DNA of 64,000 nucleotides. It comes from Eubacteriales bacterium. Lineage in GTDB: Bacteria; Bacillota; Clostridia; Oscillospirales; CAG-272. Position 1 is the stretch's first letter, and the number at the start of each line of letters is the position of its first letter. The notes under the pieces were generated by a model. It was given only the letters and a program-made list of their open reading frames with translations. It ran no database searches and was not told where the DNA came from. The stretch is taken from the NCBI GenBank assembly GCA_045540175.1, contig JAZQGU010000042.1, positions 50,109 through 114,108 of the forward strand, read 5' to 3'. Positions 56,155 to 64,000 of the stretch are shown piece by piece. The position numbers were made by a program, and so were the translations under genes.

Positions 56155-57124
56155 AAATATGACTGCTATACTTAACAAAATAAAGGAATATGATTCTATC
56201 GTCATATTCCGCCACAAGCGCCCCGACGGTGACGCGGTCGGGTCAACAAAAGGACTTCAGAGAATTTTGCGTCTCTCCTTCCCCGAAAAGACGATTCTGC
56301 TTTCGAACGCCGATTATTCCGATTACGTAAGCTTTCTCGGTGAGGAGGACGGCGTTATTTCCGACGACGTTCTCGGCAAGTCACTCGGAATCGTTATAGA
56401 TACCGCGACGACCGACAGAATTTCCGACAAGCGTTTTAATCTCTGCCATGAGCTTATCAAGATCGACCATCACATCAGCGTCGATAATTACGGAGATCCT
56501 TCCTGGGTCGTTGAGGAAAAGTCGTCGTCCTGTGAGATGATCGCGGAGTTTTACTATGCTTTCCGCGATGAGCTTAAAATCGACACCGAAGCCGCTACCT
56601 ATATTTACGCCGGAATGGTTACCGACTCGGGCCGATTCCGTTTCCGTTCGGTTTCGGGAGATACGATGAGATATGCAGGCATGCTTCTCGATCTAGGCGT
56701 TGACACAGATCATCTTTACGCGAACCTTTATATGAAGGATTTTCACGAGTTCAAGTTCCACGGCTACGTTCTTGACAACATCAAGATAACGGAAAACGGC
56801 GTGACTTACGTCGTTATTACTGCCGAAACGCGCAAGGAATTCGGTCTTACCTATGAGGAAGCAAGCGCGTGTGTTTCTTATATGGATTCTATCAAGAATT
56901 CGCTTATCTGGATCGCGTTCATTGAAGCCGATGACGGCGAGATCAGAGTTCGTCTGCGCTCGCGCTTCGTTACCGTAAACGAGATCGCGGAAAACTACCG
57001 CGGCGGCGGTCACGACTGTGCAAGCGGTGCGACTGTTTACAACAATGATGAGATCACAGCACTTCTCAGCGAAGCCGATGCTCGTCTGCGCGATTACAAG
57101 GAAAATAACGAGGGCTGGTTATGA
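56144..57124 (+). CDS. DHH/DHHA1 phosphoesterase, NrnA-like (paralog 2)
   Basis: FRHKRPDGDAVGS, IDHH and GGGHDCASG. Overlaps paralog 1 by 11 nt. Confidence 0.8.
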   Translation: MKLENMTAILNKIKEYDSIVIFRHKRPDGDAVGSTKGLQRILRLSFPEKTILLSNADYSDYVSFLGEEDGVISDDVLGKSLGIVIDTATTDRISDKRFNLCHELIKIDHHISVDNYGDPSWVVEEKSSSCEMIAEFYYAFRDELKIDTEAATYIYAGMVTDSGRFRFRSVSGDTMRYAGMLLDLGVDTDHLYANLYMKDFHEFKFHGYVLDNIKITENGVTYVVITAETRKEFGLTYEEASACVSYMDSIKNSLIWIAFIEADDGEIRVRLRSRFVTVNEIAENYRGGGHDCASGATVYNNDEITALLSEADARLRDYKENNEGWL

Positions 57125-57837
57125 AAATACTTATTGTAAACGACGACAGTATGTCGTCCCCCGCGCTTCCCCATCTTGTTCATTGGGCAAGAACTCGCGG
57201 TGAGGTAACCGTCGTTGTTCCTAAGGTCGAGCAGAGCGGAATGAGTCAGTCGCTTGAGTTTGTAAAGCCTGTTGCACTTTCAAAGGAATATATTGCCGAC
57301 GATATTGAGGTATATGCTCTCGATTCTACGCCTGCAGACTGCGTTCGATACGGAGTGACAGGACTTAAAACTAAATACGATCTTATTATTTCAGGTATCA
57401 ACAAGGGGTATAACCTTGGAGACGATATTGCATATTCGGGTACTGTCGGAGCGATCCTTGAAGGCTCGCGTCTCGGTATCAAGGGCATTGCACTTTCTGC
57501 CGGTCATGATAGATTTGTCACTGCTGCCGAGGAGCTTGACCGCATCTTCGATTACGTTCTCGAAAAGGATCTCCTATCAAATGGTGATCTCTACAACATT
57601 AATATTCCGCATGAGATCAAGGGCTTCAAGATCACGAAGCAAGGCGGCGAATTCTACACCGACGAGTTTATCGACTGCGGTGACGGAACGGTACTTCAGA
57701 CGGGCAACCCCGTTGAACGCGAATTTAACGATCTGACTGTCGATATTGACGCGGTAAGAAACGGTTACGTTTCTATTACGCCGATAACGGCTTGTAAGAC
57801 CGACCTTGCGGTTTTTGAAAACATTAAAGACATATAA
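57121..57837 (+). CDS. surE: 5'/3'-nucleotidase SurE
   Basis: MKILIVNDDS N-terminus, GINKGYNLGDDIAYSGTVGA. Overlaps the previous gene by 4 nt. Confidence 0.9.
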   Translation: MKILIVNDDSMSSPALPHLVHWARTRGEVTVVVPKVEQSGMSQSLEFVKPVALSKEYIADDIEVYALDSTPADCVRYGVTGLKTKYDLIISGINKGYNLGDDIAYSGTVGAILEGSRLGIKGIALSAGHDRFVTAAEELDRIFDYVLEKDLLSNGDLYNINIPHEIKGFKITKQGGEFYTDEFIDCGDGTVLQTGNPVEREFNDLTVDIDAVRNGYVSITPITACKTDLAVFENIKDI

Positions 57838-57845
57838 CAAAACGA

Positions 57846-57873
57846 AAAGCACCGAGTGATCGGTGCTTTTTTA
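57846..57873 (+). terminator. Intrinsic terminator of tdk-surE operon
   Basis: AAAGCACCGA-GTGA-TCGGTGCTTT followed by TTTAAT. Confidence 0.8.
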
Positions 57874-57876
57874 ATA

Positions 57877-57927
57877 TACCCTCTCCGTCGGCTGCGCCGA
57901 CACCTCTCCCAAAGGGCGAGGCGTGAT
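57877..57927. repeat. GC-rich hairpin-containing intergenic element (CCCTCTCC-GTCGGC-TGC-GCCGAC-ACCTCTCCC-AAA-GGGCGAGG)
   Basis: Read directly between two convergent terminators. It is stylistically similar to the hairpins flanking the DUF559 gene. Confidence 0.5.
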
Positions 57928-57957
57928 AAAAGAAAAGACTCCCGAGGGAGTCTTTTC
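57925..57957 (-). terminator. Intrinsic terminator of ABC/nuclease operon
   Basis: GACTCC-CGAG-GGAGTC extended by A/T pairs. On the minus strand it is followed by TTTTCTTTTATC. Confidence 0.7.
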
Positions 57958-57975
57958 GATTTTACCGTGAATTGA

Positions 57976-59142
57976 TTAAGCAGCAGTTACGCTCTTAAGA
58001 GTACCCTGGTTAACCTGTACCTTGCCCTTGTATGCGGAAACAGGACCTTCAACAGTGATGGTGTCGCCAACCTTGATGGTGTCAGCACCGTCGCCCTTAA
58101 GACGGAAGCACTGGAACGCCTTACCCTCAACGTCGATGGTAACGGTTACGTTCTTATAATCAGCACTGTACTCAGTGTCGATAGAGGTGATAGTACCGGT
58201 AAGAGTGTACTGGTGTCCGCCGGAGAGAAGAGCGTTGTCAGCGAGCTTTGCAGCTTCGTCGTAGATCTCAGCGATAGTATCGTAGATAACTACTTCGTCA
58301 GCGGGCTGAAGCTTTGCAACGTTTTCCTTAGTGATGAGGTTACCGGGGAACTGGGTTACGCCGGTAGTATCGGGCTTCATATAAGAGCCTTCAGAGATAC
58401 AGAAGGTATTGAAGGAGCTGTAGGTGCCGAGAACGTACTCGCCGCCGCTGATCATGGTGAACCATGCCTTGCAGTCTGCCTTGTAGTACCAAACGGTGCC
58501 TTCTGCTGCGTCATACTTAAGACGCTTGGAGGTGCCATCCTGGAGGTATGCGAGAACGTAGGACTTAACGCCGTCGATCATGGTGTAGAACTTGTAGCCG
58601 CCTTCTACCTTTTCAGCGAAGAAGTCGGGAGCTGCATTTACGTCTTCAGTAGTCGCATAGTACTTGCCGCCGCTGATTTCATGAGTAGCAAAGAGGTTCT
58701 TACCGCCGAGGTTGCCCTGGGTAAGCATAAGCTTGAATGCGGTTTCTGCTGCGGGCTCAGACTCGTAAGGATCGAAGATGATTACGGGAAGAGTAAGGTT
58801 GAATTCCTTAGTCTTGCTCTGCTTGCCCATCTTAACGGTTGCCTTAAGAACGTAAGCAGCCTCAGTATCGTTTACGTCCGGAACGTCGATCTTAACCATC
58901 TTGCCGTCCTTTACGACCTTGATAGCATCGTTGCTGACGGTCCAGGTTACGGTTACGTCCTTGTCGCCGACCTTAACGTTTCCAACGAGCTCGTAGTCAG
59001 CAGGGGTTCTGTTCATGTCCTTGTAGAGGTTAGTAAGAATGGAGATAGCAGAATCAAGATTCTTGCTATTGTCCTCACCGCCACAAGCTACCATGCCGAA
59101 GCAGCAAATTACTGCCAGGATAAGTGCGAGAAGCTTTTTCAT
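57976..59142 (-). CDS. Lipoprotein of unknown function with OB-fold-like C-terminus
   Basis: Lipobox MVAC|GG. The C-terminus YTLTGTITSID...VTVTIDVEGKAFQCFRLKG....IKVGDTITVEG resembles tRNA_anti-type OB barrels (inference). Confidence 0.55.
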   Translation of the reverse strand: MKKLLALILAVICCFGMVACGGEDNSKNLDSAISILTNLYKDMNRTPADYELVGNVKVGDKDVTVTWTVSNDAIKVVKDGKMVKIDVPDVNDTEAAYVLKATVKMGKQSKTKEFNLTLPVIIFDPYESEPAAETAFKLMLTQGNLGGKNLFATHEISGGKYYATTEDVNAAPDFFAEKVEGGYKFYTMIDGVKSYVLAYLQDGTSKRLKYDAAEGTVWYYKADCKAWFTMISGGEYVLGTYSSFNTFCISEGSYMKPDTTGVTQFPGNLITKENVAKLQPADEVVIYDTIAEIYDEAAKLADNALLSGGHQYTLTGTITSIDTEYSADYKNVTVTIDVEGKAFQCFRLKGDGADTIKVGDTITVEGPVSAYKGKVQVNQGTLKSVTAA

Positions 59143-59185
59143 TGTGATTTCTCCTTGTATATTTATATTATTTTGGAATCAATGT

Positions 59186-60538
59186 TCAGTGTACTACCAC
59201 GTCGTTTACCGAGAAGAGCTTGATCTGATAATCGTCAGAGAAGAATGTGATAATGCCCTTAACGTCGATCGTTTTGCCCATGAAGTAATCCTCGGTTATA
59301 AGCTCGTTATTGTCGTTGTATAGAACTATGGTACGAACCTGAACCGATTTACCGTCGGGGGTAGTACAGGTAAGAGTGATAGCACCCTTGGAGGAGCTGT
59401 CCTCTTTAGTTGTAGTATAGCAGTCTGTAACGACGAGTCCCTTCATTTCGATCGTGGTATCGAGCGCGAGAGCTGCAAACTTTACAGTCTTAGGCTCTGC
59501 GTCCTCAATCTCAACCGTAACGTCGGACTTATAGGTTTCGCCGTCAACAAGCTTGAATGCGGGAGCGTGACCGGTGCTGATAAGTTTAAGGTTATTCGGG
59601 TTATTGGGTCTCATTGCCGAATACTCAACGCCCGATACCTGATAGTACCCGCCTGTCTCGTAGTAGGTTACAGTTCCGACTATGCGAACACGGTTTCCTA
59701 CGTTGAGAATTTCAAGTCCGTCGCCTACGAGGCCGTAGCCGTAGTAAACGGAGATACCGTAATAAAGACCTGTTTCCTCGTCGTATTCCTCGATGTATGC
59801 AGTATTGCTGCTGTTCATCGTAACGACGCCCTCAAATGCTACCTTTGCGTTATCGTATTCGGTAACGTTGACGCGAAGCTCTTTAAGAGTTATTTCTGCC
59901 GCTTCTCCATATGGGAAGAGCGGGTCTTTTTCGGTAGAATGGGAATGAAGCGCTTCCCTCTTAGCCTGTGCGATCGCTTCCATACAGGTATCTCCGTAAC
60001 GGTTGTTAGCGGAATTGGACGCGATTGCGAGACCGAGCTGAAGTATTTCGATATTGAGGTTACGGTAAGTATCGCTGTCTGCGGTCTTATACCAGACCCA
60101 AACGAGATATCTTCCGCCTGTGGAATCGGCGTTCCACTTATTGTCGTCGCTCTCAATAACGATAGAAGTAGCGTTCTTAAGCGTATTTTTCGTATATTCC
60201 GCCGCGGTCTTGCCCCAAGGCTCGATCTTACCGGTTGATTCGGGGGTATTTATTGCAAGGTATCTTGCTTTAAGAACTCCGCCCGGCATAACGGATTCGG
60301 GAACGTTGAAATGTGTTGTGTCACCGTCTATATATGCGTGTACGGTAACCTCTTGCTTAAGGGTTGCGCTTGACGCCATATCAAGCTTGACGGAAGCGGC
60401 ATAGTCCTTGTGCTCGTTCTTCGGCTCTTTGCCGCCGTCATTCTTGCCTACGCAGGACACGCAAGCAAGGACGACAGTTACGATAACGAGCGCAAGCGCC
60501 GTAATTTTCGTAATATTCTTTATGAATCTTTTATTCAT
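59186..60538 (-). CDS. Secreted/lipid-anchored thermonuclease (SNase) family nuclease with about 270-aa C-terminal extension
   Basis: IDGDTTHF, ARYLAINTPES and GGRYLVWVW match the staphylococcal nuclease catalytic and Ca-site pattern (DGDT / R..DTPE / R). LAC|VSC lipobox-like N-terminus. Confidence 0.8.
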   Translation of the reverse strand: MNKRFIKNITKITALALVIVTVVLACVSCVGKNDGGKEPKNEHKDYAASVKLDMASSATLKQEVTVHAYIDGDTTHFNVPESVMPGGVLKARYLAINTPESTGKIEPWGKTAAEYTKNTLKNATSIVIESDDNKWNADSTGGRYLVWVWYKTADSDTYRNLNIEILQLGLAIASNSANNRYGDTCMEAIAQAKREALHSHSTEKDPLFPYGEAAEITLKELRVNVTEYDNAKVAFEGVVTMNSSNTAYIEEYDEETGLYYGISVYYGYGLVGDGLEILNVGNRVRIVGTVTYYETGGYYQVSGVEYSAMRPNNPNNLKLISTGHAPAFKLVDGETYKSDVTVEIEDAEPKTVKFAALALDTTIEMKGLVVTDCYTTTKEDSSSKGAITLTCTTPDGKSVQVRTIVLYNDNNELITEDYFMGKTIDVKGIITFFSDDYQIKLFSVNDVVVH

Positions 60539-60544
60539 AGAAAT

Positions 60545-61984
60545 TTACTTACCTATCTGGTAATTACATTCTTTTACAGCCTTAGCAAACTCATCCTTAA
60601 GCTTTGCATCAACCTCGGAATCCTTCCAGTTCGCAACGAGACAGGTCTGAATAAGGTATCCAACCTGGTCACGGGCAACGGAAGAACCGTTGAATGCGGG
60701 AGAGGTGTAGTATGCGTGCTGCTGTTCAAGACAGATCTTTGCAGAGAGAGCCGCGATGCGGTCGCCGCCGTCAGCCTTGTTAAGGAAGTCAGCGTATACG
60801 GGATGTGCCTCAACGCTCTTGATTACCGGAACGTAACCGGATACCATAGAGAACTCAGCCTGGAACTCAACGGTAGTTGTGAGGTACTTAACGAAGAGCC
60901 AAGAAGCGAGGACTTCCTGAGGATCTGCCTTCTTGAAGATGCAGAGAGAAGGACCCTGGGAGATAACCTTGGGGTTATCAGCGTTCACCTGAGGAATGGT
61001 TGCGATGCCTACGTCGAAGGGATACTTTCCGTTTACCTTTTCGGGGCGCTGGTGAGTAGCACCTGCAGAAGAACCGATAGACATATAGCTGTTACCCTCA
61101 TCGGAGGAAGCCATAGTGAAGAGCTCGGAGGTATAACCGCCGGAGATCTCCTGAGTGGTTACGTAACCAAGCTTGTACCACTCTCTGAACTCCTTAACGA
61201 AGTTTCTGTTGGTCTCATTGTTGAAGAGGAAGTTGTTTTTGCCGGTAGCGGTGGTGTAATCGGAGCCGAGCTGTTCGCACATGGTGATAAACCAGTTGGA
61301 CTCGGAGTCGTAGCCGAGCGGGATACAGTCGGGATCGATTGCCTTGATCTGTGCGCAGAGAGCTTTCAGCTCGTCCCAAGTCTTGGGAACCTGGAGGTTG
61401 TTAGCTTCGAAGAAGGTCTTATTGTAGTAGAGGACCTCGGTAGACTTCGAGAGAGGAAGAGTATACATCTTGCCGTCGCCGAACTGCATACCTTCTTCAT
61501 AGTAACCCTTGATGAAGTCGTCCTTCTGAGCCTGGGTAAGTCCGACCACGGTCTCGTTGCCGAGAGCATCCTTAACGGTCTTATCAGCGTCGATGAGAAC
61601 GTCGAGAGTCTGTACTGCCTTGGACATGTTGTAAAGAGCAACGTGGTCGGGATAGCAGTATGCGATGTTAGGCTGGTTGCCAACGGTGATTTCGGTAGAG
61701 ATGGTCTTACGAACGTCATCGTAGCTACCTACCTGCTCGTGCTCGATAGTGATATTCGGATAGAGCTTATTGAACTCCTTGATATACACATCGAGAACTT
61801 CACGAAGGTTTGCACCCATCGTGTGATAGAAGGTGATCGTTACCTTTTTGGAGGTATCGAAGCCGTTTTCCGGCATTACGAAGTCGGGCGCTACCTTGTT
61901 CTTATTGCAGGAGAAGAGCGTGAGCATACTCGAAAGCATTGCAACAACGAGGAGCACCGAGATGAGAATTTTTCTGAGTTTCAC
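60545..61984 (-). CDS. ABC transporter extracellular solute-binding lipoprotein (family 1, CUT1-type)
   Basis: Lipobox LFSC|N. 479 aa with a typical SBP_bac_1 layout. The stop is 6 nt before the nuclease start. Confidence 0.85.
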   Translation of the reverse strand: MKLRKILISVLLVVAMLSSMLTLFSCNKNKVAPDFVMPENGFDTSKKVTITFYHTMGANLREVLDVYIKEFNKLYPNITIEHEQVGSYDDVRKTISTEITVGNQPNIAYCYPDHVALYNMSKAVQTLDVLIDADKTVKDALGNETVVGLTQAQKDDFIKGYYEEGMQFGDGKMYTLPLSKSTEVLYYNKTFFEANNLQVPKTWDELKALCAQIKAIDPDCIPLGYDSESNWFITMCEQLGSDYTTATGKNNFLFNNETNRNFVKEFREWYKLGYVTTQEISGGYTSELFTMASSDEGNSYMSIGSSAGATHQRPEKVNGKYPFDVGIATIPQVNADNPKVISQGPSLCIFKKADPQEVLASWLFVKYLTTTVEFQAEFSMVSGYVPVIKSVEAHPVYADFLNKADGGDRIAALSAKICLEQQHAYYTSPAFNGSSVARDQVGYLIQTCLVANWKDSEVDAKLKDEFAKAVKECNYQIGK

Positions 61985-62037
61985 GGTAAAAAATTCCTTT
62001 CTGTTATTGTTTTATATGATATCGGTTTCCCGAATTA

Positions 62038-62931
62038 TCAACCCTTGATACCGCTGCGGGATACACCCTTCATGATGTACTTGCGGAGGAAAAGGAATAC
62101 GAGGAAGAGAGGGAGAGATACGAGCGCAACTGCTGCCATCTGCACGGGGAAATTCGTATCGCCCGATGCATCTGTGTATGCGTTACGCAGACCGTTCGTT
62201 ATAAGCTCCATCTCAGCGCTCTTGGTAACGAGGTTAGGCCACATATAGGAGTTCCATGCACCCATCATCTTAAGGATCGTGATCGAGATAAGAGTCGGAA
62301 GTGCGAGGGGGATCATAACCTTCCAAAGATACTTGATATCGCTCGTTCCGTCGACCTTTGCGGCAAGATACAGCTCGTTTGGTATCTGCAGGAAGTTCTG
62401 ACGGAGGAGGTAGATATAGAAGATGCTTACAAGGAAGGGTACGATAAGTACCGTATAGGTATCCATCCAGCCGAATTCATTTACGGTCTGGTAGTTCGTA
62501 ATCGTAAAGAGCTCACCGGGGATCATCATCGTTGCAAGGAGTGCTGCAAAGAGCGCGTTTTTACCCTTGAACTCAAGGCGAGCAAATGCAAACGCCGAGA
62601 GGACCGTTATAACAAGGGAAAGAAGCGTAGAAACTACACCTACTATTACGGTGTTCTTAAAGAGCGTTCCAAGGTTTGCCGCGTCGAATGCTTCGACATA
62701 GTTATGCCAAAGGATTTCTCTCGGGAAGAGGGTCGGAACGGAGAGCTTATACTCGGAAAGTGATTTGAGCGAAGATATTATCATCCAGTAGAATGGGAAG
62801 AGGACGATTATTGCGATAAAGAAAAGGAATAAATAGGTGAGCGTTTTGGTGAAGATTTTAGTAACCTTCTGAGCGGCACTTACCTTTTTGAGGTCTTTTT
62901 CCTGAAGGGTAACGTTCATATTATCTGCCAT
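62038..62931 (-). CDS. CUT1-type ABC transporter permease (MalG/UgpE-like)
   Basis: 6 TM segments and the EAA loop LYLAAKVDGTSDIKYLWKVMIPLALP. Confidence 0.9.
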   Translation of the reverse strand: MADNMNVTLQEKDLKKVSAAQKVTKIFTKTLTYLFLFFIAIIVLFPFYWMIISSLKSLSEYKLSVPTLFPREILWHNYVEAFDAANLGTLFKNTVIVGVVSTLLSLVITVLSAFAFARLEFKGKNALFAALLATMMIPGELFTITNYQTVNEFGWMDTYTVLIVPFLVSIFYIYLLRQNFLQIPNELYLAAKVDGTSDIKYLWKVMIPLALPTLISITILKMMGAWNSYMWPNLVTKSAEMELITNGLRNAYTDASGDTNFPVQMAAVALVSLPLFLVFLFLRKYIMKGVSRSGIKG

Positions 62932-62944
62932 TTCGTTTCCCTCC

Positions 62945-63886
62945 TTAATAATGCGTCTTCTTCTTGCTTACTGCAAGGTTGATAAGCGTAACAACAAAGA
63001 TTATACCGAAGAGTATTAGTGCCGCCGCACTTGCTCTTCCCTGCTGGGTGTCGATCGCGTCGTAGATAAATCCGACCATGGTGTTAAGCCGTCCTGCGTC
63101 GCCGGTCGGTCCCATATCTTCGCCGAATATACCGACGATGCTCGAGTATTCCTTGAATCCGCCTATAAAGCCCGTGATAACAACGTATGCGATCATCGGA
63201 GAAAGGAGCGGAACGGTAATTTTGGAGAATACACGGAAACGGCTTGTACCGTCTACCTTTGCGGCGTCGTAGTACTGCTTGTTTACACTCTGAAGTCCTC
63301 CGAGAAGGATGAGTATCTTAAACGGAAGCGCGTTCCATACGATGTATATCGTCATAACCGTGATGTTAGCCCAATAAGAGGAGCCTGCGTTTATCCAGTT
63401 TACAGGATCTCCGCCAAAGAACTCTATTACGTTATTGATTATACCCGCCGTGATAACAAGCTCGTTTTCGTTACCGAAATTGTTTCCGACCATGTTGAAC
63501 ATTGCCGCAAAGACCATACCGATAGCGATAGAGTTGGTTACATACGGAAGGAAGTATATCGTCTGAAGGAATCTGGAGAGAGGTCCTATCGAGTTAAGAC
63601 ATACTGCGATAACGAGTGCGAGGATCGTCGAGATCGGCACGGTAAGTACGCAGAGAAGAATCGTATTGAACAGACAGTCCTTAAAATAGTCGTATTCAAT
63701 AACTTTCGCAAAGTTATCAAAGCCGTAATCGAACTGATGTCCGACATTTGCAAGTGCCTGGTTATATCCTTCCTGAACTGACATATGAAGTGTGTTAAAG
63801 ATAGGCCACACCGTGAATACCAGCAGAAGGATGATGGCCGGTAACAGGTACAGCCATGCTTTCCACTTATGTTTGCTTTCTACCAT
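62945..63886 (-). CDS. CUT1-type ABC transporter permease (MalF/UgpA-like)
   Basis: 6 TM segments and the EAA loop YYDAAKVDGTSRFRVFSKITVPLLSP. Confidence 0.9.
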   Translation of the reverse strand: MVESKHKWKAWLYLLPAIILLLVFTVWPIFNTLHMSVQEGYNQALANVGHQFDYGFDNFAKVIEYDYFKDCLFNTILLCVLTVPISTILALVIAVCLNSIGPLSRFLQTIYFLPYVTNSIAIGMVFAAMFNMVGNNFGNENELVITAGIINNVIEFFGGDPVNWINAGSSYWANITVMTIYIVWNALPFKILILLGGLQSVNKQYYDAAKVDGTSRFRVFSKITVPLLSPMIAYVVITGFIGGFKEYSSIVGIFGEDMGPTGDAGRLNTMVGFIYDAIDTQQGRASAAALILFGIIFVVTLINLAVSKKKTHY

Positions 63887-63897
63887 ATCACGTCACC

Positions 63898-64000
63898 TCA
63901 GAAGTAAATACGGTTCTCGTCTTCTTTGGAGAAGAGGAATACCTTGTGGGGCTTGAGGGAGAATGTGACGGTTTCGCCCATTTCAACCTTGTTATCAGAG
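63898..64000 (-). CDS. 3' end of a CDS entering from the window edge. The C-terminus resembles a MsmX/UgpC/MalK-type ABC ATPase
   Basis: Translation ...SDNKVEMGETVTFSLKPHKVFLFSKEDENRIYF*. The stop is 11 nt before the permease start. Confidence 0.5.
   Translation of the reverse strand, partial: SDNKVEMGETVTFSLKPHKVFLFSKEDENRIYF

Noticed and set aside
60410-62248. 612-aa plus-strand ORF across the nuclease, SBP and permease genes
   Set aside because: It is antisense to three well-supported minus-strand genes and crosses their intergenic gaps. It has no motifs and is a shadow ORF. The same reasoning applies to 58213-59223, 53931-54827, 36126-37082, 33156-33695 and 28788-29498.
1-64000. Prophage, transposon, CRISPR-Cas, restriction-modification or known multi-gene defence systems
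   Set aside because: Reading all ORF translations, I found no integrase, transposase, capsid, terminase, cas, methylase/REase pair or recognised defence signature. Only DUF559 and the dGTPase-like gene have weak links to such functions, and both are discussed in the findings.

Overview
This 64 kb window looks like chromosome from a Gram-positive, Clostridia-type Firmicute. I estimate about 45-50% GC by eye. Supporting signs are a T-box leader, lipoprotein signals, SLH-like and BspA-like surface proteins, and uppS-cdsA-dxr-rseP-ispG synteny. Coding density is very high and I saw no rRNA, CRISPR array, integrase, transposase or prophage. Housekeeping blocks: pyrH-frr-uppS-cdsA-dxr-rseP-ispG (minus strand), T-box-controlled valS, holA, rluD-like, two ABC-F ATPases, ogg, a CDF transporter and tRNA-Thr(GGT). 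Accessory content: a surface-protein island (21.6-29.4 kb), glycoside hydrolases (GH2, a GH20-like gene and an (alpha/alpha)6 lipoprotein) and an N-terminal-HTH AraC regulator. The most interesting candidates, in order: (1) A convergent pair of operons at 51.9-64 kb. A CUT1-type ABC importer operon ends in a secreted thermonuclease and a lipoprotein. It faces a translationally coupled tdk-deoC-deoD-HD(dGTPase-like)-nrnA-nrnA-surE operon. Together they look like an extracellular-DNA harvesting and dismantling locus. (2) A fused double DUF1538 membrane protein with two PII-like proteins. (3) A ydjI/ydjG/ydjH-like SPFH, zinc-ribbon and TPM membrane module, next to an acyltransferase, ECF sigma and anti-sigma operon. 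(4) A DUF559 endonuclease gene bracketed by about 50-nt inverted, hairpin-containing flanks. All family calls come from reading motifs in the translations. No database search was run.
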